Positions 37,321-49,939 of a stretch of 64,000 nucleotides of DNA are shown in pieces. This stretch comes from Squalus acanthias (Eukaryota), in contig CM059428.1 in NCBI GenBank assembly GCA_030390025.1, forward strand, positions 68,820,001 to 68,884,000. The letters run 5' to 3'. Position 1 is the first letter of the stretch. The number at the start of each line of letters is the position of its first letter. A program made the position numbers and the translations under genes. The notes under the pieces were generated by a model. It was given only the letters and a program-made list of their open reading frames with translations, was not told the DNA's origin and made no database searches.

Positions 37321-40300
37321 TTGCTCCACACTCTGTAGTAATATGATTTGTTATGTATTAGTACACAATGTGGTTTAGCTATTAGTAGTCATCGAGGTGG
37401 TTTGTTTCAGGATGGCCGAGCGCCAAAGCGACAGCAGCAAATATAACCAGCTGATCAGTCTCTGGCCAATAGAAACCGACTTTGGTTCAAAAAACTCCCT
37501 GGAGATCTGGCGACTGAGCTAGCAAAGTTACAAACAACCAAATCAGTTCTGAACTATAACAGAGGTGGTTCCAATAGAATATTAGTGGCCAAATAAGAAC
37601 ACTATTAGGTTGCAGGATATAGTTGTGCATACATATTTTATATAGCCCCACATATGGAAATATGACTGTACATTACGTATCCAACAATAGCTGGATCAAC
37701 AGTGATTAGAAGATAGATGATAGGAAATGGACGATAATAAGAAATAAATCAACAACTCATTAGTTCAGTAGATGTGCGTTATAGGTAAATGCACAGGGTA
37801 GTTTAGACAGGTAAACAACAGTTGTAAGAATAGATTAATTCTATTAATTCAGCTCTCCATTTAGATTTTTCTTTTTGTAGACACAGGATTCCTTTTGTTA
37901 GCTTGTGTAGACTAGTTGAGAAACATCAGACATCAGTCTCTCCATAATATGTTTCTCTGTCCATTTTAAACTCGGTAAAGAACAATAGCGTCTACAAACA
38001 CTGAGACCCACAACACCAAGAGTCCCTGCATTCAGCATTCAGTAAATTCATACTGGTGTAAAAGAAATAGAAAGAACGTGGTGATAAGAATATATATTCA
38101 GGAAGATGATTTATAGATTTAATTTTGGTAATCTTAGAAAGAAAATCCCAACAGAAGAGCGCAACGCGATATCTCAGCTTTAAAAGATTTCACAGTAATT
38201 GTGTGTGGGAGTAATTGTTATTGCACCAGCGCTCTTCATTAAAGCATGCATGCATATACATGTGCATTTAGTATACAAATGCCACAGTACTTCTAGAGAA
38301 AAGTATTTAACCAACGTTTACGAGGTTTATTCAAACGTCCAAGCGGCCTGCAAACATACAGAGACTCAATTTTATACTTGATAAGCCTGTATATGGGCTC
38401 CCTTCCATCAGAATGTTGTTTTAATTGCATGCGATTGAAATTCGCTAATACTCCCCAAATCCCAACTTCGATTTTCCATAATTGCACACTGTTAAGGTTT
38501 TATCGACCATAAAATAGTGGAGTGTTTCTTTTGGAATAATTAGGCATTTTTGAACATCTCGATGGAGACATTTGTGTTTTGGAATAACAGAGCATTTACT
38601 GCGCCCTGAGCGCGGCATCAGATCGCAGTGAAAGGACGGAAGCCCAGGGCTCCTTGCTAAAGATCTCATTATCTCGTTAGGTTTCCTTTCCTGTCAACAA
38701 TGGTTACATCACATACTGAAATAACTAGGGTACTGTAAACAATACATATATATGATGAGTGTTTTTATATATTTTAAATAGGGCAAATATTTAAGCACTG
38801 TAGTAAATATTGTTACAGCACCTATAACCGAACTAGAAACATACCAATTATAGGACAATGATTACAAGTTAAGGCGAAATGATGAACGCGGTTGTTTAGT
38901 AGTCGGATAATTTTACATTTTTGAATGTTAAAAATGTCTATTTGGGATGGATGCTCTTTCATTGATTACAAGTTGTTAAAATAACACGAGTAGGTTAATT
39001 TTCAGTCCTAAAAGCTTATACCTGTCTTTCTTTCCTAATTATAGACTGACTAAAAAAATACCAAACCGAAAGCCGGCTGAAATCAAAAGCTATATCTGTT
39101 CGAGGTGTGAGTATAAATGCAGCACAACTATGGAGGGAAATGTGCAAGAACACGCCAGTTCGAACCCTCTTAATGAAAGGCCGACGCTTGCCGCTTTCCT
39201 CAGTTACTGTCCTAAGCCTCTTACTATGTTTTGTAATTTCTTATTTGTGCTTGTTCTTCCTATTGTACATAACATTTTAATAAATGCGAAGTTTTCTCAT
39301 CAACGTTGATCTGTTCTGTTTATGAGTTGCTTTACGTATTATTTTAAGTTTTCGTTTATTCGTGACATTCATTACACAAACCTGAGGGTTTGATTTTGAA
39401 GCCCCCACAATGGCTGTACGCTTATAACGGGTAATCTTCACAAGTTGGTGTGGTGTAAATGAGCGAAATACAGATAGTAAAATGTGATATTGAAAGATGA
39501 ACAAAAGGGCAATGCGTAACGTACAGCTATTATTTTCCAATTAGGTGAAACGGCTAATAACCACTTCACAACTGCTGCTGCATCATGTCTTAGGAAAACT
39601 GGATAAAACAAAACAATATAATTAGAGTATGAACACACAGAGTGGGGTAAATGGCAACTGAAGAGGCCATAGAATGCATTAAACAATAACTTGATCTGTA
39701 TTTATCTTTTGGACGGAAAACAACGCAGAACAAATTGAACTTTTTCATTTCTAATATAAACTTTGATACTATATTTTTCAATTCATTTTTTAAATTAACA
39801 TGGCACTTTCAGAAAGTACAGTATCAGTTAATTTTCCTTCCACCGTAGCTTACAATTAATTAGGAAATGGACTGCGGAAGGTTAAAATATTGTCATTGCG
39901 ATTTATTCCTTCCGTTGATGTATTTGTATTTCCTTGCAGATAGCAAAAACTTCCGAATGATAATATAAAATAATATATTGTAAATACTTGAATCTAGAAT
40001 TTAACGTAATGAATTTTCGCACCGTTGAAGTAAGAGAATGCCAGTCAAATTATTTTTTTAAATAAAGAAAGTTGGAATATTGTGAAATGCACAAGTATGT
40101 AAATTAGATTTTATCATGTCGTTAATAAGAGGGGATTTTCCTGGCCAAGTCTTATTTGTTCCTAGGGTGATCAGGACTGATACAGCCTAATCAGTTACAA
40201 CAGATGTAATTCCAGTCATAAATAACTTTTAGCTCTCCTGGCCTATTAGATATAACTGGGGCCCAGTTTGGAGCTATTAGTGAACTTAAAACGACATTAT

Positions 40301-42739
40301 CGCTTTCCTAACCAATACAGATTATACAAAATAGTAACATTTAAACACGCATTTAATCCACTCACCTCATTCTCCCGAAATAAAACAATGTGAAATTGTG
40401 AAATGCGACGCCGTGATTCAAGATGGCAACCCACCTGGCACTTAATATAATTATTGGTATGCTCATCTCTCGTTAACAAGTTGTCGCTTTTTAAACTACA
40501 ACTAGTGCAAGGAAGCATTATAAATCTTTCAATTACTTTGTAGTAACTGTAACACCTTCCAAAGCCGCAATGTATCCTTGAAGTGTTTAAATGATCGAAT
40601 GTTTTATTTGCAGGCTCTGGTTATTCATAGTTGTATTTTTAAGAGATTAAAATAAGCCTGCAATATTTTACCACCACAGAACGGGCCTGTCCAGTAGACT
40701 CTCGGTTAATTGACAACACTGCTTCTTGTTACACATTTGAAACTTCAGGGTTAATTCAAACTCTTCGTTAAATTCGAATTCACGTTTCTTTCGTTCTGAC
40801 ACCAGTAAGAAAAAATCTAGAAAAGCTCTCTTTGACATCTTGAATATAGGTTATTATTACAGTTTAAGAATATAATTAAGGAGACTTCGTAAATTTACAG
40901 CGAACGGATTCAATATCTCTCCGTTTTATCAACAATCACAAACTGACTTTTAAATCTAATTTTCTATTTCTAACCATAAACACGCTCGTATTTTATCTTC
41001 TAAGTTTTGCATCAATATTAATTATTTACTAACGATCAAAGAGGGCAAAATAACTAATTGTGGGGATGTATTGCAGAGGTACACATATTCCGCTCAAAGA
41101 CTTTACATATTCTTAGTACTATAGGGAGCGCACAGTGCACAGTGGTGGGGGTTATCATTTTTCTGAGCGCAGTTCAAAGCTCATACGTACAGCCGTTTTA
41201 AATTTAAACAATTAATTTAATGTAAACGCGCTCTAAATGTCACTTTAATCGAGTTCAGCACATTTAGGTATTATGTAAGCAAAATGTTGATTACTGGCCT
41301 AGTCCACAAAACAACTCAAGGAACGGTTAATTTGAGAACGCAACTCAACCATTTAATCAGCAACACATGACCAGAAGAGACGCTATGCAGCATCAACGCA
41401 AGTTTGTCCACACTCCAAACACACGGTGGCAGCAACGAGTCCAAAAAGGTTAGCAAATATCAATATCCACGCATACACACACACACACACATTTTCAGTC
41501 AGACAAGACTAACTGTCTCGGTGTCAGAAAGACAACCTCCGCGTTAAGTAAAAACAATAACAGACAAATCTGCATGCTCACACCCGCAATACGATGTCTT
41601 TGAACATTTCTCATTCTTGAACAGCATCAGCACAGGAATAAACCACAAATAATTAGGGCTAACGCCTCTGAGGTAAACGTTAGCAGTCTTTAATGTGCAA
41701 CGCGCATTAGATTGCTATCAGATAATTTTCCAAGAAAATAATAAAAATATTTTTTAAATACATAGCATCTTAAACGAAAATTATGTGTTGTAAAAACGAC
41801 GATTCAAAAGAAAGTAATCACTTGTTCAGTGAAAGATAGTCGTCGCCATCGCTGCAAAGGGCAGATTATTTATTTGCAACTGAAATAAGTGTTTTTTTCA
41901 TCCTCCATAAAAATCTGCAAACGCCTGTACTAAAATGAGACACATCCTCAGCATTCCCGCTGTATGACATTTAAAAACTCGAGCAAAGAATGCGTTTTGC
42001 TTCTTTACATTTGTTCCTTATGCAAAACACTTTGAACCAACAAGCCGGCTGTTGATCAAATCAACCAGAACGTACGACGTCAAAGCATTATTCACACTCT
42101 TTAAAAACAAATATTTCAAAAATTCAAATTCATGAAAGCTGCCCGTGAAAACGGTCAAATTATTTTAAATAAATGCATAACAAATGCAACATTTCGAGTT
42201 AATACATTCCGAAGGTGGGCGGCATTTTTGAATCATAGCCTTCAACTTTGACAAATTAAACATCTTTAAAATGCAGATTTTACAATCATTTGTTTAAAAG
42301 GTAATTTTTTATTTTTGCAGAATTGCAAAGCTGAAAATGACGAGTGGGCCTTACCTTGTTGCTGAGTCTATTTCCCGGCCTGTCTACCCCGGGTTCTGCA
42401 CAGGCCGTGTGTAGTGTTTGTAGAGCCCGTGCTAGTTTGACAGCTGTCCGTTCGGCTCTATCCCAGGCCAATGGCTCTCGCATTCCGCCAGCGGCGTTTG
42501 GTGACGACTTGCAGGAAACTGCCCTGCGGACCAGAGCCGGCGCTTTTTAATCCAATGCTCCACCTTCCGTGGAGGAATTTGTAGCTGCCAGCCATGAGAT
42601 CTGTGCTGAAAGCTTGGATTCATTGAAGCTCCATGGGCAATAATCACTGCGCTGGGAAGGGGAAAAAAGAACAAAATATGCGTTGAAAAAAGCCTGCAAG
42701 CTCTCACATCCGAACCAAGACGCGCTTAGCACAAGAATG

Positions 42740-42920
42740 CAGCTCTATAGTCGCAAGGGAAATTATAAAAAGTTCATGTTCACGGTTACACTCCACATGA
42801 CTTTCAGCGGCCAATGGAAAAACCGAACAACTCGTAAAGTTCTATTGCAAAGTTGTAAATTTTCATAAAACAACAACGGATTTATGACATTTCCCCATGA
42901 CTATTAGGAGGCAGGTCCTA
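42740..42920 (-). promoter_or_regulatory. Conserved promoter-like element between HoxA7 and HoxA6 (distal promoter of long HoxA transcripts)
   Basis: TATA-like TTATAA, E-box + CCAAT, TCGTAAA, TCATAAA and GGATTTATGA sites. The position matches the known multi-cluster conserved element / distal Hoxa5 promoter 3' of Hoxa7. Confidence 0.65.
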
Positions 42921-44342
42921 GACGCCATTTTTAACAAAGAGACAAGTTAAAATTGTGAAATTATTAAAGATTTTTTCCACGGTTTTAAACATGAATTTCC
43001 AGTTTCTGAAGTCTCATTATCCTGATAATAATATCCGGTTGCAATTTGCAGGGTTTTTTTTAACAGAAGTCAGTGTTGTTTCTGCATCCAGGCTGTTATT
43101 GTAACGGATCGAGTCGGTTTTACGTATAATCGCATCTGTTCTATCGATATTTTCTTTCTAGTTTTCTCTTTTTTTTTGATTATGCTGTAGTTAAAAATGG
43201 ACATAAACTCGCTCATATTGTGTAATCTAGCACCAAGATACAGTGCCGCACTGCATACATAAAATATAAAAGATGCGCCTGGTCGAAATTTCGTTCAAAG
43301 CTTGGCGATGACAGAACGACTCGGCTTTTTTTTCCATTTCATATATATGTTTTTACTGAATCTGAATACCACACTGGACTATGCTCTCACCTTTTCCACT
43401 TCTCTTAAACTGCTCTCAAATTGAATTATGGGCACGATTAGGAATCGGATCCGGATTGTTTAGTGGGAACTTATGCCCATCTTCGTCCCAATTCGAATCT
43501 ATTACGTTTGGATATTACCTTGCTTTAAAACATGCAATAATCTGGTCAATTATAATAAAAATTGCGCAATTTTAACAATCGATCTTTCTTATATTCGGTT
43601 GTAATTAGTATAAAGGTTGCCTATTTAGTGTAGAAAAACTATGTATCAATTTGTATATTAAAAATCAGATTAGAAGACACTGAAGGGGCTGCGGTGTATA
43701 AAGAATTATGTATTACTTTTGAAATAGTTTATATTTAATTGCTGTTAATATTGATGTAACGTGTGTCTTTATACGAGTCTTGTACCCACTCATTTGGTGG
43801 TACGTGTTTGGCTTAGACAAGAAAGCGAGACCGTGTTTATTCAAGCACCGTTTAATGTTTCTGATTTTTGTTCTCCTACAGAGATTCCATTCAAAGTATA
43901 CATGTCTGGAACGAATATATATATTTTAAATAGATTGCACCTTAAACCTTTAACATCGGTTATTATTTAACAACACATACACAGATTACAAAGCAAACTT
44001 TCGATTGACAGATACCACACCGAATATGGACCCACAATATATTCAGTCGACGATGCAGTTCGGGTTTTCTATTATTACATTTGGTTATTAGATATTTTTA
44101 TTTTATAATTTAAACAGTACACATGTATAAGACAACTGATACAACACACTTAAAGAAACACGGTTACATCATTCAGTAATACATGGTTTCTTTGCAATCT
44201 TTAGCAAGTATATATTTAATGCCACAGATCAAAAAGTAATAATGCAATTTCCCCCTTCTAATACGACTTTTTTGCTTTTTACGGCATAGTCTTTAAGCAC
44301 AATGCGAAAGGATTCCATTCGCCTCAAACGTAAACCGTCATC

Positions 44343-45419
44343 TAGGTAGTTTTCACTATTTTCGTATTATAAAGTGGCTATATACGCACCTCATTAAAAA
44401 ACATACATCAGAATATATTTTACATTTTTACTCCCATATTATGGTACTGTTATAAGTGCGAAAAGTCAAGACTCCGAGAACAACACTCTCTGTCTAGAAA
44501 CGAATTTTAAATTAAAACATTTAGGTAGTTTCCATAGACGTGCAAGATGTCCACTATTGTGGATTAGGTAGTTGTATTTCATTGCTATGTGAAAACAGAG
44601 AACTTCTTCATTCCGTTAATCGAACGGTACAACTCTGAACTAAGAGACACACTCAGAGAACAATTAAGAAAGAATGTAGAAAATAATAACAACAAAGAAT
44701 TGAACAGAAATAAATTATTTTACTCGTCGAGTTAGCTTTCTGTCAGTTTTTGCAATACATGGTAGAGTGGCTCAAATACTTGATTTCTGATTGGACTGGA
44801 AATGAGCATCTATTATCACCGCATTTTTTATTCTGTGAATAGTAAACAGAAATACTTTAAAATCTATGAAGAAGACACGTTAGCAGAGGTAAAATAAGTT
44901 TGAGAAATAGCTCAGTGCATGAGATCTATCTTATATCACATAGTGGTATAGTGAGTTTTACATTCCATAAATTACAACAATGGTTACATTTTGTTTCCTC
45001 GGCTAACATTGTTCCTTTCGTTCTATTATTGGGAGACCCAGAATCCGAATCCAATTCCCTTCAATTTACTAACACAGAACAAGGGTTCCGAATTTCAATC
45101 CCTTTCATTTTATTATTGCGAAAGAGAATCTCAATCCAACTAGGGAAAACAAGCATTCCAAATTTTGTGACGACTGCAGACAAAGGTTCTAAATCCATCA
45201 GCTTTCACTTTATTACTGAAAGCAGGGATTCTGAACCCAATTCCTACTATTTTTTACTAATGCCCGATAAAGATTCTGAATTTTTTTTGACTGAAACTAA
45301 ATCAGAGAACTTTAAATTCTAAAGGCATGATTTGGGAAGAGGTTATTAAACATATAGGTAGTATTATGAGTGCTAATGCACAGCATCTCTGTAACAGTCC
45401 ACTATTGTGGCTAGGTAGT
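44343..45419 (-). promoter_or_regulatory. Five 8mer miR-196 target sites downstream of the HoxA7 stop (3' UTR)
   Basis: Plus-strand TAGGTAGT (mRNA ACUACCUA) at 44343, 44522, 44565, 45355 and 45412. HoxA7 is an established miR-196 target. Confidence 0.85.
45012..45320. repeat. Degenerate ~42-bp tandem repeat (about 6-7 copies) in the HoxA7 3' UTR
   Basis: Recurring units like ttcc-tttcattttattactg...gattc(t/c)gaatccaa, read by eye. Confidence 0.7.
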
Positions 45420-45488
45420 CAAATGTCATCGTTAGCTGTTGAAGAACAACTTTGTATATTAGCATAGTTCAAGATTCAGCTGAGAATC

Positions 45489-45776
<288 letters not shown>

Positions 45777-46489
45777 TCATTACAAAATACAAGTAACCTG
45801 GTCAACCCATATTGCCCTTTCTAAATTTCCGCTCGTCTATCTCCGCTCTTTCATAACTCATTAAATTGTCTGTGGCTGAGCAGAATATTCAGATGTCAAT
45901 GGTCTGAGTTAAGGTGCAAATGAACATTTGGGATCGCAGCGGGATTTTTTCCTGGGAACGTATTTAAAGAGTAAGGATATTTCCCAAGGTTCAGTGGAAG
46001 TCACTATGTGTCCTTAACTATTTACTTATAGCCAAGCAGGGACCCCCAACGTTATTTCACCCAAGATAAAGGACACCAGTGCTAACATTTCAGACACAGA
46101 AATGACAGGCAACTAAAATCTTAAGCTCGCATGTATGTTTCTTAAAATGTGTTAGATTCTAACCCCCATATCCACTCTGATAGGCAGAGCTCCTGTATTA
46201 TGTTACTAATTTGATGCGTCTTAAATACGAACCTACATCTATAAGGGGGGAAGCTTTGCAAGGGCCCAAGGATCTTTCTTGAGGTGAAAATAAAATAATT
46301 TCTTCGATTCCACGACCGTACTTTATCTGTAAACATACTTTAAACCTGGAATATATCACTCTACATTTACTCAAGAATATACGGTTTTCCCGCGTATCTG
46401 TAAAAAAAAAGTTCTTATTTGATGTTGATAAAAGTGGGTAAACAAGCAATATGTGAGTTGCTGTTAACTTTAAAGGAGCGGAAGTCGAG

Positions 46490-46540
46490 TGCTTTTACGA
46501 GGATTGTACTGATTAATTGTGCAATAAAAGTTTTATGATT
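46490..46540. promoter_or_regulatory. HB1-like element in the HoxA7 intron
   Basis: TTTTACGA, ATTAATTG, CAATAAA and TTTTATGA are clustered; HB1 is known from Hoxa7 introns. Confidence 0.7.
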
Positions 46541-46686
46541 GCTATCTGCATACAATGCCACATGCGTTTGAGGAACTGTTCCTCAGCTATCATTAAAACT
46601 CTTAACTACTTTCAGGATGTACTGGCGCTCATCTTAACTGGCCATTTGCACGTCTCTCATAGCTATGTTACATTTATGTCCCATAC

Positions 46687-47080
46687 CTGCATTCCTCATC
46701 CAGGGGTAAATCCGGAAATTGCTCTCTGCTTGAGGGTGCACGTTTGTCTGATCCAATTTTTCGCAACCCTGTTTGCTCAGATCGCTGCAAAGCACTGGAA
46801 TGTTCTGGTCTAAGGCAGAGCAGCGCAGGTTGTAGGATTCTGAATTTAGGTTATAACCTGTGTTGTACATGGAAGGGCCGTGATAGATTGCACTGTTAAC
46901 ATTGTACAGCCCGGCCATCGGGGCTGGGAAGGCGCTGGCGCCCGCTCCATAGCTCGATCTCTGTGAGTTGGTAGCAAAGGCGCAAGAAGTTGCTTCTGTA
47001 AAGCCACTCGCGTTCTGGAAAACGGATGTCCCCGCCGTATATTTGGGAAAAAGAGCATTCACATAATACGACGAACTCAT
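46687..47080 (-). CDS. HOXA7: HoxA7 exon 1
   Basis: ATG at 47080 gives MSSSYYVNALFPKYTAGTSVFQN..., hexapeptide IYPWMR; donor GCAG|gtatgg at 46686. Joined CDS is 627 nt (208 aa). Confidence 0.97.
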
Positions 47081-47856
47081 AATTTTGTCTGGTGATTTGT
47101 TGGCCAAGACTCTTCAGTGTCGGTTTTACGAGATAGCGTGATATATGGCAGCATTACACCCCCGATTTACACCAAACACCCATTTTCCTTCGGCCCGACT
47201 TATTTCTATTCACGTGACTCGACCATGTGATCCCGTCACCCAATAGCATTACACATCACAGGTGGTAAATATCATGTTATCCGACTATTTGCAAAATAAA
47301 ATTGTGCAAGAATCATGAAAAAAATGTTTGCAACATTATTAATATAGATAGATTGTGGAACTTAAAAAGGAGGTATCTTATAACTACTACTTAACAAGCC
47401 ATTGCCCCACATGTATGTGAAGGTTTTAGGAGCGCAGGTATGTTTCCAATATTTTTGAAAATAAAATGTGTGATGAATTTGCAAGTGTTGTAATGAAACG
47501 TTTACTTGGACATAAAAAGGAGACACTTTGGTTTTACATAATAGAAATACGCATGTTTCATATATAGAACTTGATGGTCACATTGGATTAATATTAAGGA
47601 TCATTCTACACTTTGCGTTAAAAAGGAAACGTTTAAATGGTTTCAATTAAAAGAAAGGAGCAATTTCATTGTTTCTTTCTTTCCCTGTGCAGTTGTTTGC
47701 TGTCTTGCAGCACCATGAAAACACTGTACAACACTGGAAAACTGTAGCCCTGTTGAATTAATGGTCAATACACATCTAATCTTTAGATTATAGAATAATC
47801 TGTGTGGTTTTAGCGAGGACTATAGATACAAGATATAAACTGCATCAGCACTGCAC

Positions 47857-47904
47857 GGGGGCGGGGGTCGCGGGGGGGGGGGGGGGGGGGGCGGGGGGGG
47901 GGGG
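47857..47904 (+). repeat. Poly-G tract
   Basis: Long interrupted G run. Similar homopolymers occur near 8846 (C), 58512 (G) and 63743 (C). Confidence 0.9.
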
Positions 47905-49806
47905 CATCACTGTGAAGCCAGCTCCTGCTATTAACTCTCGGGTTTTTTTTAACATTCAAGCGTGTTTGTATATTGATTTACTGAAACGCACAATTTCACT
48001 TTGGAGACAACCACGGTTCCTCTGACGGGTTTCAGTGAAACAGCTATTTTGTGGAACCCTCTTGGAGTTGCTAGGTAATCTGACTAGACCCCCGCAGGGG
48101 ATTTACCCCGGCATCATTTCCTCCTTCTGTTTTACAACTTTTTTCTCTCTCTCTCTCCCAATCCTCTCGTTAGATCACAGAACTTGTCTCCGAAGCTGTT
48201 GTCCACAGTTTCCTTGCAAATTCTCCAGTTGCTCTACTTAGGCTGTTGGTTCCTTTCCAGTGGAACAGTTGCTTTTATGTCCAACATTAATAGAGGTATA
48301 TTTGTCGGTGTTATATGTAGACAAGGAATCCCAGACCACTGTATTTATAACAGATATACAGTCTTACAACGATGCACCTGGTACGTTGAAAGTAAAGGCT
48401 TATTACAATAAACTATGTTTCTGCATTTCCGTCTGAGATCCTTTAGGAAACATTTTCTCTAATATTAGAAAATGTTATTTTCTTTTGATCTCTGGGGTCT
48501 CCTCTGGCAAGTCACAGTCCTTGTGCTAAGCAGACAGGCTTTGCACCAGCGGGGATGTTTTATCAGGAGGTTGTTGCACTACATTCATCCCTCGCTCGTT
48601 AAAGAACAATCTTTGTTTGATATCCTTCTGGTCTATAAAACTGTCTGTAATCTCCATGTTTCCTGTACATTCCTAAAACGAAACGGCGCGCTAATGTAAA
48701 TGTTCCGGGAAGCGCTTGGGAGCACGCTCTGTATTCTAAACTTTTCCTACATTAAAATATATCCGAAGTCGAGCTGTCAAAGATTTTACCAGTGCGACCG
48801 GAGAGCAGAAAAATGTTAAGAATTTAAATAAAATTTAAATCATGACAATCCATAGCGCGCGGCTGTGTCGAGCAGAAGAGATCAATACAGAATGTGAACT
48901 TTTAAATAGGTCTAAAGATTCCTCGCTGAAAATAGGTTTACCGCTACGGATTGCTCTTTGATTGCAAGGAATAGAACTCCGACGAAAACTTGAGAAATAA
49001 AAATCAAAGGAAGGGATAAGTGGGATAAAATGCAATGTAATTGAACGGATTAGCAGTAAAGTCAGCATTTCATTCATGTATTCCTAGTTCAATAATACCA
49101 ATAAGAACGCTGTTAACTTAAGTCAAGTGTTCGCCAAGAACACCGACGCTCCGCCAAACATCCAAAATCTAATTTCATAATAATATCAAACAGATGAGTG
49201 GGAAAACTTTCTTTTCACTTCTATTTTGCCCTTTATTTCGCCATTTCCCAGGGCTGTAAGCTCCCTCGCACAGTTGTCCTGCGATCATTGTGACTGCACG
49301 GTCCCAGTTACACATGTTTATATATACAATACAGATAAATACAGATTACAACATTCTATGCAGCATTTTAATTACGCATGTATTGAATTATCACATTAAT
49401 TAATACTTTACTATTAAATCACTGGCACTAACGCACACGGTTTGTTTAACTACAATCCCAAACGCTTACTTTCTTTTATTACCAGGAATCTAAGGATGTA
49501 TTGATCACAGCAACCGTATTAACAGGTCGAACTGAAGAAAGTACAGAAGCAAAGAGAACCAGACACATGTTTAACACGAATGAATAAATTATTGTGATTG
49601 TGACTTCAAATGTTACCGTATTTTTTTGAAACAGAACACAATTGATAATTATTTGTACATATGGCTGCTCTGAAAACCATGCTGTTGTTATAAAACGAGG
49701 AGTTTCGATATTTCTGCTCATCCACGGCTGGAGACCAAGGATGTCGATATCACTAAAAAAAAAAATAATCTGATAAATATTTAGTTACACAAATTTCACA
49801 ATTGTA

Positions 49807-49847
49807 TAGATAAACAGAAAGATAGAAAGAAAGACGGACATACAGAC

Positions 49848-49900
<53 letters not shown>

Positions 49901-49939
49901 GATTGATTGATAGACAGACAGAAAGACAGAAAGACAGAT
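49807..49939 (+). repeat. Compound (GATA/GACA/GAAA)n microsatellite
   Basis: Seen directly; it gives rise to the spurious IYLS ORF. Confidence 0.95.

Noticed and set aside
44900-45322. 140-codon plus-strand ORF antisense to the HoxA7 3' UTR
   Set aside because: It has a non-ATG start and no recognisable domain; its openness and internal repeats are explained by the degenerate tandem repeat.
49660-49725. SRNIET...AWF peptide / ctctgaaaacca resembling a HoxA8 homeobox relic
   Set aside because: The IE-to-WF spacing is 8 rather than 14 residues and no other homeodomain residues match.
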